Shown one piece after another: positions 1 to 8,544 of a stretch of DNA of 64,000 nucleotides. The DNA is from Candidatus Yanofskybacteria bacterium. Its GTDB lineage: Bacteria > Patescibacteriota > Minisyncoccia > 2-02-FULL-40-12 > IGHO2-12-FULL-4. The DNA lies in contig JACPNK010000005.1 of the NCBI GenBank assembly GCA_016185525.1, positions 92,473 to 156,472 of the forward strand, written 5' to 3'. A program made the translations under genes and the position numbers. The notes below the pieces were generated by a model. The model saw nothing but the letters and a program-made list of their open reading frames with translations. It was not told the origin of the DNA and searched no databases. Within the stretch, counting starts at the first letter, position 1. Every line of letters starts with the position of its first letter.

Positions 1-2
1 TT

Positions 3-1145
3 GTTTCCGTTTTTTGTTTTTTTGGCCTGAACACTTTTTCAGCCGAAAAAACAGTTCAAGAACCGACCCAGTTTAGAGTAGAGGTTAAGAATGTTCACCT
101 ACCGCTCTTGATTTTTGATAAGGGACAGACAATAAAGCTTGACAAAGAAAATTTCCGAATTTTTGAGGGCGAAAAAGATGTTAACAGACAAATCATCTGG
201 ACCGAGCAGGGAATAGTGAGTTTTAGCAGATACGAAGACCAAGCTATCGCTTTGGCGGTGGCCATAGACTCAAGCGAGTCTATGATTCCCACTTTTCAAC
301 CCAACGCGCAACTTGAAGAAAACAAACTGGAACAAGCCAAAAATGCCGCTCGTTCACTTTTTCGTTCTGTTTTCAGGGAAGAAAAAGACATTGGTTTGGC
401 TTCAGAAATCGCTTATGAAATTAACTTTCTGGATTCTGATAAACTTGAAGATATCTTCGGTGCCAATATCCCAAGAAATTTCTTTTTTAGAAACACCTAC
501 TTCTCTTTCATCAAAAGATACGGCAGTGTAACTTTTGCTTCAACCAGCCTTTTCATCAACCAAGATTGGACTGACAATTTAAAAAAAATTGAAATTGGCA
601 TAAGCAAAGCCAACCAGCCCGGTGGCAACACGCCTCTAAGGGACGCCGTGTTTAATTTAGCCCAACACTTTTCTCATGTTAACGGCGACTTTCTAAGAGT
701 TGCGGTTGTCCTAACTGACGGTCTGGATATGCCAGACCCTCAAGTGGCAGGTGAAGTAAAAATTAATAGACACAGTCTGGCGGAAGTTATAAACGAACTG
801 CAAAATAATCAAGTGCTGGTCTATACTGTCGGCCTTTACCAGCAGGAACCGGCTCTTTTGTTCGGTTCTAACCGGGCAGTCCAGGCGACAGACTTTTTGG
901 AAGAGTTGGCCAAAACCACAGGTGGGTTGGCTTTCTTTGAAGTAAACCTTTCCAGACTAAGCGCTGTGTTTTTCAAAATTGGCGCCATGATAAGAAGTGT
1001 TAACTTTTTGAGCTATGAACCGATTAGCAACACGGAAGGCGAGAGACTGATTAAAGTAGAAGCGGGGGAGTGGGACACCCACAACAAATGGCACAAAAAA
1101 AATTACACGCTCTTTCATAGACAAGGATATTTTTACAAAAAGTAA
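3..1145 (+). CDS. Secreted VWA-domain protein (Acidobacterial VWFA-like), 5' truncated by window edge
   Basis: Frame is open from nt 3 (..EPTQFRVEVKNVHLPLLIFDK..ENFRIFEG). MIDAS DSSES, GNTPLRDA, VVLTDGLD, VYTVGL and LEELAKTTGG motifs are present. Confidence 0.8.
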   Translation, partial: VSVFCFFGLNTFSAEKTVQEPTQFRVEVKNVHLPLLIFDKGQTIKLDKENFRIFEGEKDVNRQIIWTEQGIVSFSRYEDQAIALAVAIDSSESMIPTFQPNAQLEENKLEQAKNAARSLFRSVFREEKDIGLASEIAYEINFLDSDKLEDIFGANIPRNFFFRNTYFSFIKRYGSVTFASTSLFINQDWTDNLKKIEIGISKANQPGGNTPLRDAVFNLAQHFSHVNGDFLRVAVVLTDGLDMPDPQVAGEVKINRHSLAEVINELQNNQVLVYTVGLYQQEPALLFGSNRAVQATDFLEELAKTTGGLAFFEVNLSRLSAVFFKIGAMIRSVNFLSYEPISNTEGERLIKVEAGEWDTHNKWHKKNYTLFHRQGYFYKK

Positions 1146-1168
1146 GTGGCAAAAAATGCCACTTTTTT
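1145..1168 (+). terminator. Intrinsic terminator after VWA gene
   Basis: AAGTGGCA-AAAAA-TGCCACTT hairpin followed by a T run. Confidence 0.6.
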
Positions 1169-1226
1169 GTTATTTGTGTGTCGCTTCGCCAATAGCGCTT
1201 TCTCCGGTCAGTCAAAACCAAGCTTC

Positions 1227-1371
1227 GCAGATACAACTCCTTCAGTACGTTCGCTACACCAGCGGTTTCGCTCACTCGCGACGTCGGCATATTTGAAATG
1301 AAGTGAGAAAAATTATACTTCATTTCAACCGTGCAATATGCCTTCTCAGCGACTTCAGGAGCTGTATCTGC
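1227..1371. repeat. Structured multi-stem element, copy A (unclassified ncRNA or REP/MITE-like)
   Basis: Nested inverted repeats; conserved blocks shared with 25096-25288. Confidence 0.7.
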
Positions 1372-1434
1372 TACGCTTTCATATGTTACCTAAAGTTCAC
1401 CAAAAACCCCTTATTTCTCAATGCTTTTTGACCA

Positions 1435-1490
1435 TTGACTAGGGTACTATAAATTTGTTATAATATAAGTACGGTATAGATCTTAAAAAA
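1435..1490 (+). promoter_or_regulatory. Sigma70-like promoter plus boxA-like motif
   Basis: TTGACT (1435), 18 nt spacer, TGnTATAAT (1459-1464); GATCTTAAAAAA at 1479-1490. Confidence 0.6.
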
Positions 1491-1529
1491 CAAGGTTTTT
1501 AGCCCAAACGGGCAGAAAGAGAGAAGGAA

Positions 1530-2282
1530 ATGTTGAAAAACTTTTTGAGAATCGCCGGTTTTTTGAGTCTGCTTTTCGGCGGCCAGTTCACGCTGACCGC
1601 CATGGCCCAAGGCGACCTGGGTCGAGTGGTCCAGGGAAACTTGGACATCATTTCCAGAAACCACATCCGAGGGGATGTGGCCAATCTGGAAGCCCAGATC
1701 CATAGCCTCATTTACCACGAGCGCTACGGGTATGGATATCTCGATGATGGTTATTTCTACGGGACCGACCAGTACGGTCGGGGTAACCGTGGAAGAGTTC
1801 ACATCAGCCCCATTGAAGTCGGGATTGGTGGGGCCATGATTGGTGGATCGGTCGATGGTTGGCGAGGTGCCGCTATCGGTGGAACTGCCGGCTACTTCGG
1901 GACCAAGGCTGTAAAGGCCGTTGTCCAACACAAACGCAACAAGCGAGAACAGAAGGAAGCCGAAGCCATGGCCGCCCAAGCGCAAGCGGAAGCTCAAGCC
2001 ATGCTCGAGAAAAAATTCTTCTGGAACGACACCGAGTCCGTGAATGCCGGGGTTTTTTATCAGGACAATAACGGTACCCAGTATGTCCGGGTGGGTCCTG
2101 GACAAAAAATCCTGCTGTTTATTCTGCCTGGCTCCAATGTTGGTGTTATGGCCGAGGGAGTAGTAACACCCAGTGGCCGGACCATCAACAAAGAGATCCC
2201 CTACGGCAAGGGGAAACAGTTCCTCCCAGCCAATGCTGGCTGGCGAATTTTCAACGTCCAGCTGGACAAGCTGGACTGGTAA
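1530..2282 (+). CDS. Secreted hypothetical protein with glycine-zipper segment
   Basis: Signal peptide ending AMA-Q; GIGGAMIGG..GAAIGGTAG; AAGGA SD; GC-richer than flanks. Confidence 0.75.
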   Translation: MLKNFLRIAGFLSLLFGGQFTLTAMAQGDLGRVVQGNLDIISRNHIRGDVANLEAQIHSLIYHERYGYGYLDDGYFYGTDQYGRGNRGRVHISPIEVGIGGAMIGGSVDGWRGAAIGGTAGYFGTKAVKAVVQHKRNKREQKEAEAMAAQAQAEAQAMLEKKFFWNDTESVNAGVFYQDNNGTQYVRVGPGQKILLFILPGSNVGVMAEGVVTPSGRTINKEIPYGKGKQFLPANAGWRIFNVQLDKLDW

Positions 2283-2297
2283 AGAAAGGATAAAAAA

Positions 2298-2669
2298 ATG
2301 AGAGCAAGTGGGCAAATCGTTATGGGTGGCAGAAGAATCGCCACTCAAAATTTTCATGTTCTTGGGCCGGGTGGTGGGACCTGGTGGGTGAAGTATTCTT
2401 GGTGGGTGATACCACTGGGAGTGGTGTTGTTGGTCCTACCGGCAGTCGGCTACTGGTCCGGGGCAAGGGTTTTTTCCTTCTCCGGTCAGACGACCACCTC
2501 TGCGCCGGCGGTAATGACACCACAACCGATTGTAGTAACACCGGTACCGGTTGTGATTCAATCACCACCACCGCCGGCACTAACAACTCCTTCAGCTCTG
2601 GGCGAAGCGGAAGAGGCTGGTGTAAAGCCTCCTCCTAAGCCCAAAAGCTTGTGGGAGTTAAACCCCTAG
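2298..2669 (+). CDS. Proline-rich single-pass membrane protein
   Basis: AAAGGA SD, one TM helix, P/T/V-rich tail; 15 nt downstream of the previous gene. Confidence 0.65.
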   Translation: MRASGQIVMGGRRIATQNFHVLGPGGGTWWVKYSWWVIPLGVVLLVLPAVGYWSGARVFSFSGQTTTSAPAVMTPQPIVVTPVPVVIQSPPPPALTTPSALGEAEEAGVKPPPKPKSLWELNP

Positions 2670-2697
2670 TGTATTTCTCTGGCCAAGAATTTCGGCC

Positions 2698-2727
2698 ACC
2701 CTGCACCATCCGGTACAGGGTTTTTTT
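2698..2727 (+). terminator. Intrinsic terminator
   Basis: ACCCTG..CAGGGT hairpin followed by a T run. Confidence 0.65.
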
Positions 2728-2755
2728 ATCCAGAAAAAGTTACTCCTGAACAAGA

Positions 2756-3016
2756 TTATCGGTAAATATCTTTGCGGTTTGCAACTCTGATTAACTGGAC
2801 TGTGTCGGGACTAAGAAGTTGAAAAATCACCCGGTAGTCACGGGTGATTCGGAAAGAGTAGAAACCAGACAAATCTGCGGAGAGCTGTTTAGTATGCAAA
2901 AGCGGATGAAAAATATTTTGTTCAAGCAAAGCTGTCTGGGTGTCAAGTTTGTTCTGGATTTTATCTGGCAAGTCCTTAGCTGACTTAAGAAATACCCTAG
3001 TAAAAACAACTCTCAT
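2756..3016 (-). CDS. RelE/ParE-family toxin
   Basis: 86 aa; F.K..K.L, HPLLHTKQL, YSFRITRDYRVIF. Confidence 0.85.
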   Translation of the reverse strand: MRVVFTRVFLKSAKDLPDKIQNKLDTQTALLEQNIFHPLLHTKQLSADLSGFYSFRITRDYRVIFQLLSPDTVQLIRVANRKDIYR

Positions 3017-3234
3017 TTAACTTTTTTGATAGCTTCCAGCAGAGAACCGCAACCATTGAAAGTATGAGTGGGTTTTTCCTTGGCTGCTCTTAAAATTTTA
3101 CGAACAAAGACAGGATTGTACTCTCCCTCTTCATCACGGCCAAGCATGCCAATCACTAGCGAACGCATTATGCCCATCTCTCTTTTAATGGTTGAAATCT
3201 CAGAATAAATTTTTTCGTTAGTAACTCTATTCAT
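3013..3234 (-). CDS. Putative antitoxin
   Basis: 73 aa gene overlapping the toxin start; TTGACT and TATAGT 6 nt before ATG (leaderless). Confidence 0.65.
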   Translation of the reverse strand: MNRVTNEKIYSEISTIKREMGIMRSLVIGMLGRDEEGEYNPVFVRKILRAAKEKPTHTFNGCGSLLEAIKKVK

Positions 3235-3306
3235 AATTCAACTATACTCCAATTACGAATAAAGTCAAAAATTGAAAAATAAGTACAAAAAAGATAAGAT
3301 AAAGTT

Positions 3307-3759
3307 ATGAAGTTTTTGTCAAAGAGTCCTAAAGAAACGCAAAAAGCGGCGGGAGTTCTGGCTAAGAAAATAACCCGAAAAACTTTGCAAAAAAGAACTG
3401 CTTTGGTGCTGGGTTTGGAAGGGGAGCTTGGCGCCGGCAAAACTACTTTCGTGAAAGGTTTTGCCAAAGGTCTAGGCCTCAAAAACAAAATTTCTAGCCC
3501 GACTTTTGTTTTAATAAAGTCTTATAACTTAAAACTTACGACTTATAACAACCTCTTCCACATTGACGCCTACCGGCTTAAAGACCACGAGGATTTAATC
3601 AGGCTGGGCATAAAAGAAATTTTTAGTAATCCCAAAAATTTAATCTTAATTGAATGGTCAGATAGAGTAAGAAAAATATTGCCAAAAAACTATCTTAGAA
3701 TTCACATAGACCACATAGACGAGAATGAAAGAAAAATTGTTATAGAAAATGACAAATGA
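3307..3759 (+). CDS. tsaE: tRNA threonylcarbamoyladenosine biosynthesis ATPase TsaE
   Basis: GELGAGKTTF, SPTFVL, HIDAYRL, IEW motifs. Confidence 0.95.
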   Translation: MKFLSKSPKETQKAAGVLAKKITRKTLQKRTALVLGLEGELGAGKTTFVKGFAKGLGLKNKISSPTFVLIKSYNLKLTTYNNLFHIDAYRLKDHEDLIRLGIKEIFSNPKNLILIEWSDRVRKILPKNYLRIHIDHIDENERKIVIENDK

Positions 3760-3867
3760 CAAAACTCAAATGACAAATCAATGACAAAATCTAAAATCTT
3801 AAATTTATTAGTTTGACATTTGAGCTTTGGATTTGAATTGTCATTAGTCATTTGGATTTAGTCATTA
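3748..3867. repeat. Heptamer tandem repeats (AATGACA-like) with an inverted copy
   Basis: AATGACA/AATGACAA units followed by TTGTCATT/GTCATT units. Confidence 0.75.
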
Positions 3868-3871
3868 ACTT

Positions 3872-6490
3872 ATGAAGAAACTCATTCTTATTGACGCCAA
3901 CGCTTTGGTCCACCGAGCCTTTCATGCTTTACCGCCCCTGACCTCACCTCAAGGCATGATTGTTAACGCAGTCTATGGCTTTACCTCGGTATTGCTTAAG
4001 ACCATCAAAGATATGCAACCGGACTATATGGCCGCCGCTTTTGATTTGGCCGGACCGACTTTCCGCCACGAAGAGTTTGAAGAATACAAAGCTCACCGCC
4101 AAAAAGCGCCCGATGAACTTTATGCCCAAATACCTCTGATCAAAGAGGTGTTGCAATCTTTCGGTGTTGAAATTTTTGAAAAAGAAGGCTTTGAGGCCGA
4201 CGATTTAATCGGCTCTCTGGCGGAAAAATCAAAAAAAATTCAACAAGACGACGGTCTTCAAACAATAATTTTAACCGGAGATCTGGACACCCTCCAACTG
4301 GTAGAAGAAGACAAAGTGGTTGTTTTTACTTTGAGAAAAGGCGTAACCGACACCGTTATTTACAATGAAAAGGGCGTCAAAGAAAGATACGGCCTGGAAC
4401 CTTATCAAGTTGTGGATTTCAAAGGATTGAAAGGCGATCCGTCAGACAATATTCCCGGAGTGCCAGGTATCGGTGAAAAGACGGCCATAACCTTGTTGCA
4501 GAAATACGGCACAATAGAAAATTTATACAAAGAACTGGCTAAAATAAAAGAATTTAAAAAAGGCGATGCCATAAGCGTTAAACTCGCAGAAAAATTAAAA
4601 GAAAACGAAAAGCAGGCAATTTTTAGTAAAAAATTGGCGACAATCGTTACTAATCTTGACATTGATTTTTCGTTGGAGAAAGTAAGCTGGAAAAATAAAT
4701 ATGACAAAACAACAGTTATTCAAATCCTGAAAAAATTAGGTTTTAACAGCTTGCTTGCCCGTCTTCCGAATGGACGAGCACCTCTATCCGAACTTGACAC
4801 GATAAAAAACAAAAACCAAGCCGAAAATCAAGGGAGTGAGCAAAAAAGCTTGGGTTTTAATGAGTCACAGCCTTTGATTTTACAAAACTCCGACCCGAAT
4901 GCCGTTTACTTAAACGGCAATACTACTATACCGGAAAAAGTATCTTCAAGACTTAAGGACATTTTAGAAGATAAAAGCATTGCCAAAAGAGGGCATAACT
5001 TAAAGCCTGTTGTTAAACTTCTTCTAGACCAAGGCGTTCGCATTAAAAATCTTGACTTTGATACAGCTGTGGCGTCTTACTTGGTGAGGCCGGAACTTAA
5101 AAATTACGATTTAGACAAAATCTACTTTGTGGAATTCGCCCAGTCTTTTACAGACATGGGTTCGGCCTTGCCGAAATTAGTGAAAGTTCTTGAGAAGAAG
5201 CTAAAAGAAAAAGAGTTGCTTAAAGTTTTTGAAGAAATTGAGATGCCTTTGATTCCCGTCTTAGCGGAAGTGGAAAGAAACGGCATCAAAATTGATACGG
5301 CTGGTTTAGAAAAATTGTCAGAAAAAGTAAATTATGAAATTACCGGCTTAGAAAAGAAAATTTATGAGCAAGCTCGCCTGCCGGACGAGCAAGCTGGACA
5401 AGAATTTAATATCAACTCACCCCAGCAACTCGGAGAAATTCTTTTTGACAAGCTTCAACTTAAAACCAGAGTCAAGAAAACCAGCGGGGGAGCCCGTTCC
5501 ACAGCCGTCTCCGAACTTGAAAAACTGGTTGACGAACATCCGATAATTGAACTGATAATGCAGTACCGAGAGCTTCAAAAACTAAAAACGACCTACATCG
5601 AACCGTTTCCAGCCTTAATTAACCGGAAAGACCATCGCATACATACCACGTACAACCAAATGGGTACAGTTACCGGCAGACTTTCCAGCCAGGACCCAAA
5701 TTTACAGAATATTCCCGTTCGCACTGAACTTGGGCAAGAGTTTAGAAAGGCCTTTGTCGCTGAAAACGGCTGGCAACTTTTATCCCTTGACTACTCACAA
5801 ATTGAATTAAGAATAGCCGCTTATCTGTCAGGCGACCGGAAGATGCTTGAGGCTTTCCAAAACAAGGAAGATATTCATACCCGTACGGCCGCCGAGGTCT
5901 TTGAGGTCAGTCCAGACAAAGTTACTCCTCAAATGCGCCGACAAGCCAAAGCCCTGAATTTTGGCATTTTATTTGGTATGGGTGTCCTTGGCTTCGCCCG
6001 TTCCGCTGGAGTAGACAAAATGCGTGCCCGAGAGTTCATCACAAAATATTTAAAAAAGTTTTCCGGCATGGCCGCCTACATGGAAAAAGCTAAGACTGAA
6101 GCTAGAGAAAAAGGTTTTGTCCAAACCTACTTCGGCAGAAGAAGAGACTTACCAGAGATAAATTCCAGCATGCCCCACATGGTGGCCCAAGCCGAGAGAA
6201 TGGCCGTCAATGCCCCGATTCAGGGAACAGAGGCTGATATAATGAAACTAGCCATGATAGGGGTTTACAATTTCATCCACGAAAATAAACTTGAAGATGA
6301 AGCTAAAATTTTACTGCAAGTTCACGATGAGCTATTATGCGAGGTGAAAGAGGAAAAGACGGCAAAAATCGCATTGAAATTCAAAGAAATCATGGAGAAC
6401 ATTTGGTCTCCTAACGCGCAAAAGGGGCAGGTCAAAGTACCCGTAGTAGTTGAAACTAAAGTCGGGAGAAATTGGTCAGAAATGTCATGA
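3872..6490 (+). CDS. polA: DNA polymerase I
   Basis: 5'-3' exonuclease (LIDANAL..HRAFHA, EADD, GDPSDNIPGV), TGRLSS, DYSQIELR, LQVHDEL. Confidence 0.97.
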   Translation: MKKLILIDANALVHRAFHALPPLTSPQGMIVNAVYGFTSVLLKTIKDMQPDYMAAAFDLAGPTFRHEEFEEYKAHRQKAPDELYAQIPLIKEVLQSFGVEIFEKEGFEADDLIGSLAEKSKKIQQDDGLQTIILTGDLDTLQLVEEDKVVVFTLRKGVTDTVIYNEKGVKERYGLEPYQVVDFKGLKGDPSDNIPGVPGIGEKTAITLLQKYGTIENLYKELAKIKEFKKGDAISVKLAEKLKENEKQAIFSKKLATIVTNLDIDFSLEKVSWKNKYDKTTVIQILKKLGFNSLLARLPNGRAPLSELDTIKNKNQAENQGSEQKSLGFNESQPLILQNSDPNAVYLNGNTTIPEKVSSRLKDILEDKSIAKRGHNLKPVVKLLLDQGVRIKNLDFDTAVASYLVRPELKNYDLDKIYFVEFAQSFTDMGSALPKLVKVLEKKLKEKELLKVFEEIEMPLIPVLAEVERNGIKIDTAGLEKLSEKVNYEITGLEKKIYEQARLPDEQAGQEFNINSPQQLGEILFDKLQLKTRVKKTSGGARSTAVSELEKLVDEHPIIELIMQYRELQKLKTTYIEPFPALINRKDHRIHTTYNQMGTVTGRLSSQDPNLQNIPVRTELGQEFRKAFVAENGWQLLSLDYSQIELRIAAYLSGDRKMLEAFQNKEDIHTRTAAEVFEVSPDKVTPQMRRQAKALNFGILFGMGVLGFARSAGVDKMRAREFITKYLKKFSGMAAYMEKAKTEAREKGFVQTYFGRRRDLPEINSSMPHMVAQAERMAVNAPIQGTEADIMKLAMIGVYNFIHENKLEDEAKILLQVHDELLCEVKEEKTAKIALKFKEIMENIWSPNAQKGQVKVPVVVETKVGRNWSEMS

Positions 6491-7470
6491 AAATTTCTAC
6501 AACAAAAATACTTTTAATTGGACTCGGGATCGTTGGCTTTATTGCCGGCTGGTTTTTGTTTTTCAGTAACAACAAAATTGAGGTCAAAAGGGGTGAAGCC
6601 ATGCTGGAAGGAATGAATTTTCCGGAGTCAGATCTCTCCGGCATTAAATGCGAAAAAGCCAAAGTCAGACCGCTGGCAGTCATGTTGGCTTCTGATCCGG
6701 AAACCAGACCCCTTTCGGGCATTGGAGAAGCTGACTTAGTCTTTGAAATGCCCGTAACCGACGGCGGGGTCACAAGAATGATGGCTGTTTTTCAATGCGA
6801 CTGGCCAGAAGAAATCGGCTCCATAAGGTCCTCGCGTTCTGACTTTATTCCGCTGGTACAGGGACTGGGAGCGGTTTATGCCCACTGGGGAGGAGAGAAA
6901 GAGGCGCTTTCAGAACTAAACCGTGGCGTAGTTGATAACATAGATGCTATGAAATACGACGGCACAATATATTACAGGAAAAAAGGAGCAAAACCTCCTC
7001 ATAACGGTTTCACCAATCCAGAACTTATAAACAAAGCTATTGTCAGTTTAGAGTATGGACTAAGCAAATCATTGAGTTCATATTCCCACCAAAACTCAAA
7101 GAGCTCTGGCGACATCCAACCGCCAACAATCTACAAAGATGAGTTTCAGATAGCTTGGGAGTATGATCAAGCCAGCAACTCATACCGCCGGAAAAGAGGC
7201 GGTAAAGAAGAAATAGACAAAAACACCTCCAAACAAGTTGAGGCAAAAAATATCGTTCTCATGAAAACAACATGGTCTCCTGTCAGTAAAGACTATATCC
7301 GAGTAAAAACTGTCGGCTCCGGCGAGGCAACCTTCTACCAGAACGGGCAAGAAATCAAAGGCTTCTGGAAAAAAATTACGGCCAAAGAAAAGCTTTATTT
7401 TTACGATGCCGAAGGTGGTGAGTTAAAATTTACACCGGGAACGACCTGGGTTGAGATAGTTACAGATTAA
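6487..7470 (+). CDS. DUF3048-family membrane-anchored protein
   Basis: RPLAVM, ADLVFE, TRMMAVF, GSIRSSR, PHNGF; ATGA overlap with the polA stop. Confidence 0.85.
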   Translation: MKISTTKILLIGLGIVGFIAGWFLFFSNNKIEVKRGEAMLEGMNFPESDLSGIKCEKAKVRPLAVMLASDPETRPLSGIGEADLVFEMPVTDGGVTRMMAVFQCDWPEEIGSIRSSRSDFIPLVQGLGAVYAHWGGEKEALSELNRGVVDNIDAMKYDGTIYYRKKGAKPPHNGFTNPELINKAIVSLEYGLSKSLSSYSHQNSKSSGDIQPPTIYKDEFQIAWEYDQASNSYRRKRGGKEEIDKNTSKQVEAKNIVLMKTTWSPVSKDYIRVKTVGSGEATFYQNGQEIKGFWKKITAKEKLYFYDAEGGELKFTPGTTWVEIVTD

Positions 7471-7492
7471 AACCCCCCCCAACGACAAATTC

Positions 7493-8470
7493 ATGTTTCA
7501 CTTTTTTTACGGCCAAGAAAATTTTTCGGTTAAAGAAGCTGTCAAAAAAAAGACAGCTGATTTTTTGAAAACAGCGCCCGACTTAATCATTGAAAAAATA
7601 GACATCAATCAAGAGGGGGGGGTGAAATCATTAAAAGACGCTTTGGAGACTAGATCCATATTCAATGAAGGCAAGATTGTTATTGCCAACGCTCTTTTTG
7701 CAAACGGCCAGACACAAGAGGCTGTCTTGGAAATATTAAAAAAATATTTCCAAGACCCTGAAAAAAACTTCCATTTGATTTTTTACGAATTCTACTCCGG
7801 TCCGGAGTTAAATAAAAAGGGCAAAAAACTTTTTCAATTTTTATCTCAAAACGCTCCGAAGTCAGGAGAAATTTTACCGCTCAAGAGCTCCGCCTTAGAA
7901 AAATGGTGCATAGAGGAGTTTAAAAGTGCGGGACTAAAAATTCAAGTACCGATGGCCAGAAAATTGCTTTTTCTGGTTTCACAGTCCCAAGAAAAAGCAA
8001 AAAACGAAATTGCCAAATTGATAGCTTACAAAAACTTTGACAGCCAAAGCAAAGACAAAGAAGTCAAAGAAGCCGACTTGGACAAAATAGTGGCGCCGGA
8101 ACTGACTCTAAACAATTTTGATTTAACCGATACCATGGCCGGTAAAAATCAGAGAAAAGCCATCTTACTGCTGGACCGATATCTTTCAGAAGGGGAAGAC
8201 CCCTACGCAATTCTGGGGTTAGTCATATATCAGTTCCGCGTCCTTTTGCGGATAAAGTCTCTAACCAAAAAAGCCGTGCCCTATAGCCAGCTTGCCGGCC
8301 TGTCTAAACTGCACCCTTTTGTTATCAGAAAAAATTACGAAAATGCCCGCAAGTTTGAGATGGAGGATCTTAAGAGAATATATCAAGAGTTGCGCGATGC
8401 AGATATCAATGCTAAAAACGGCGTCCTAAATCTGTCGGACTTCCTCTTTAGTTTTTTAATGAAAAACTAG
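7493..8470 (+). CDS. holA: DNA polymerase III delta subunit
   Basis: FFYGQENF N-terminus, NEIAKL, LHPFV..K, D...KNG. Confidence 0.9.
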   Translation: MFHFFYGQENFSVKEAVKKKTADFLKTAPDLIIEKIDINQEGGVKSLKDALETRSIFNEGKIVIANALFANGQTQEAVLEILKKYFQDPEKNFHLIFYEFYSGPELNKKGKKLFQFLSQNAPKSGEILPLKSSALEKWCIEEFKSAGLKIQVPMARKLLFLVSQSQEKAKNEIAKLIAYKNFDSQSKDKEVKEADLDKIVAPELTLNNFDLTDTMAGKNQRKAILLLDRYLSEGEDPYAILGLVIYQFRVLLRIKSLTKKAVPYSQLAGLSKLHPFVIRKNYENARKFEMEDLKRIYQELRDADINAKNGVLNLSDFLFSFLMKN

Positions 8471-8471
8471 C

Positions 8472-8540
8472 TTGACTCCATAATATTTTTAAATTACGCT
8501 TGCCATAATCAGGTCTTTAAAAAATTAAAGAAAAAAGGTG
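8472..8540 (+). promoter_or_regulatory. Promoter, boxA-like motif and SD for the prkA operon
   Basis: TTGACT-17-TACGCT; GGTCTTTAAAAA at 8512-8523; AAGGTG SD. Confidence 0.55.
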
Positions 8541-8544
8541 AAAA

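Noticed and set aside
1458-2357. 299 aa minus-strand ORF
   Set aside because: Antisense shadow of the + strand gene, which has a promoter, SD and signal peptide.
3748-3867. Possible CRISPR array
   Set aside because: Units are about 7 nt, degenerate and have no spacers; no cas genes are in the window.
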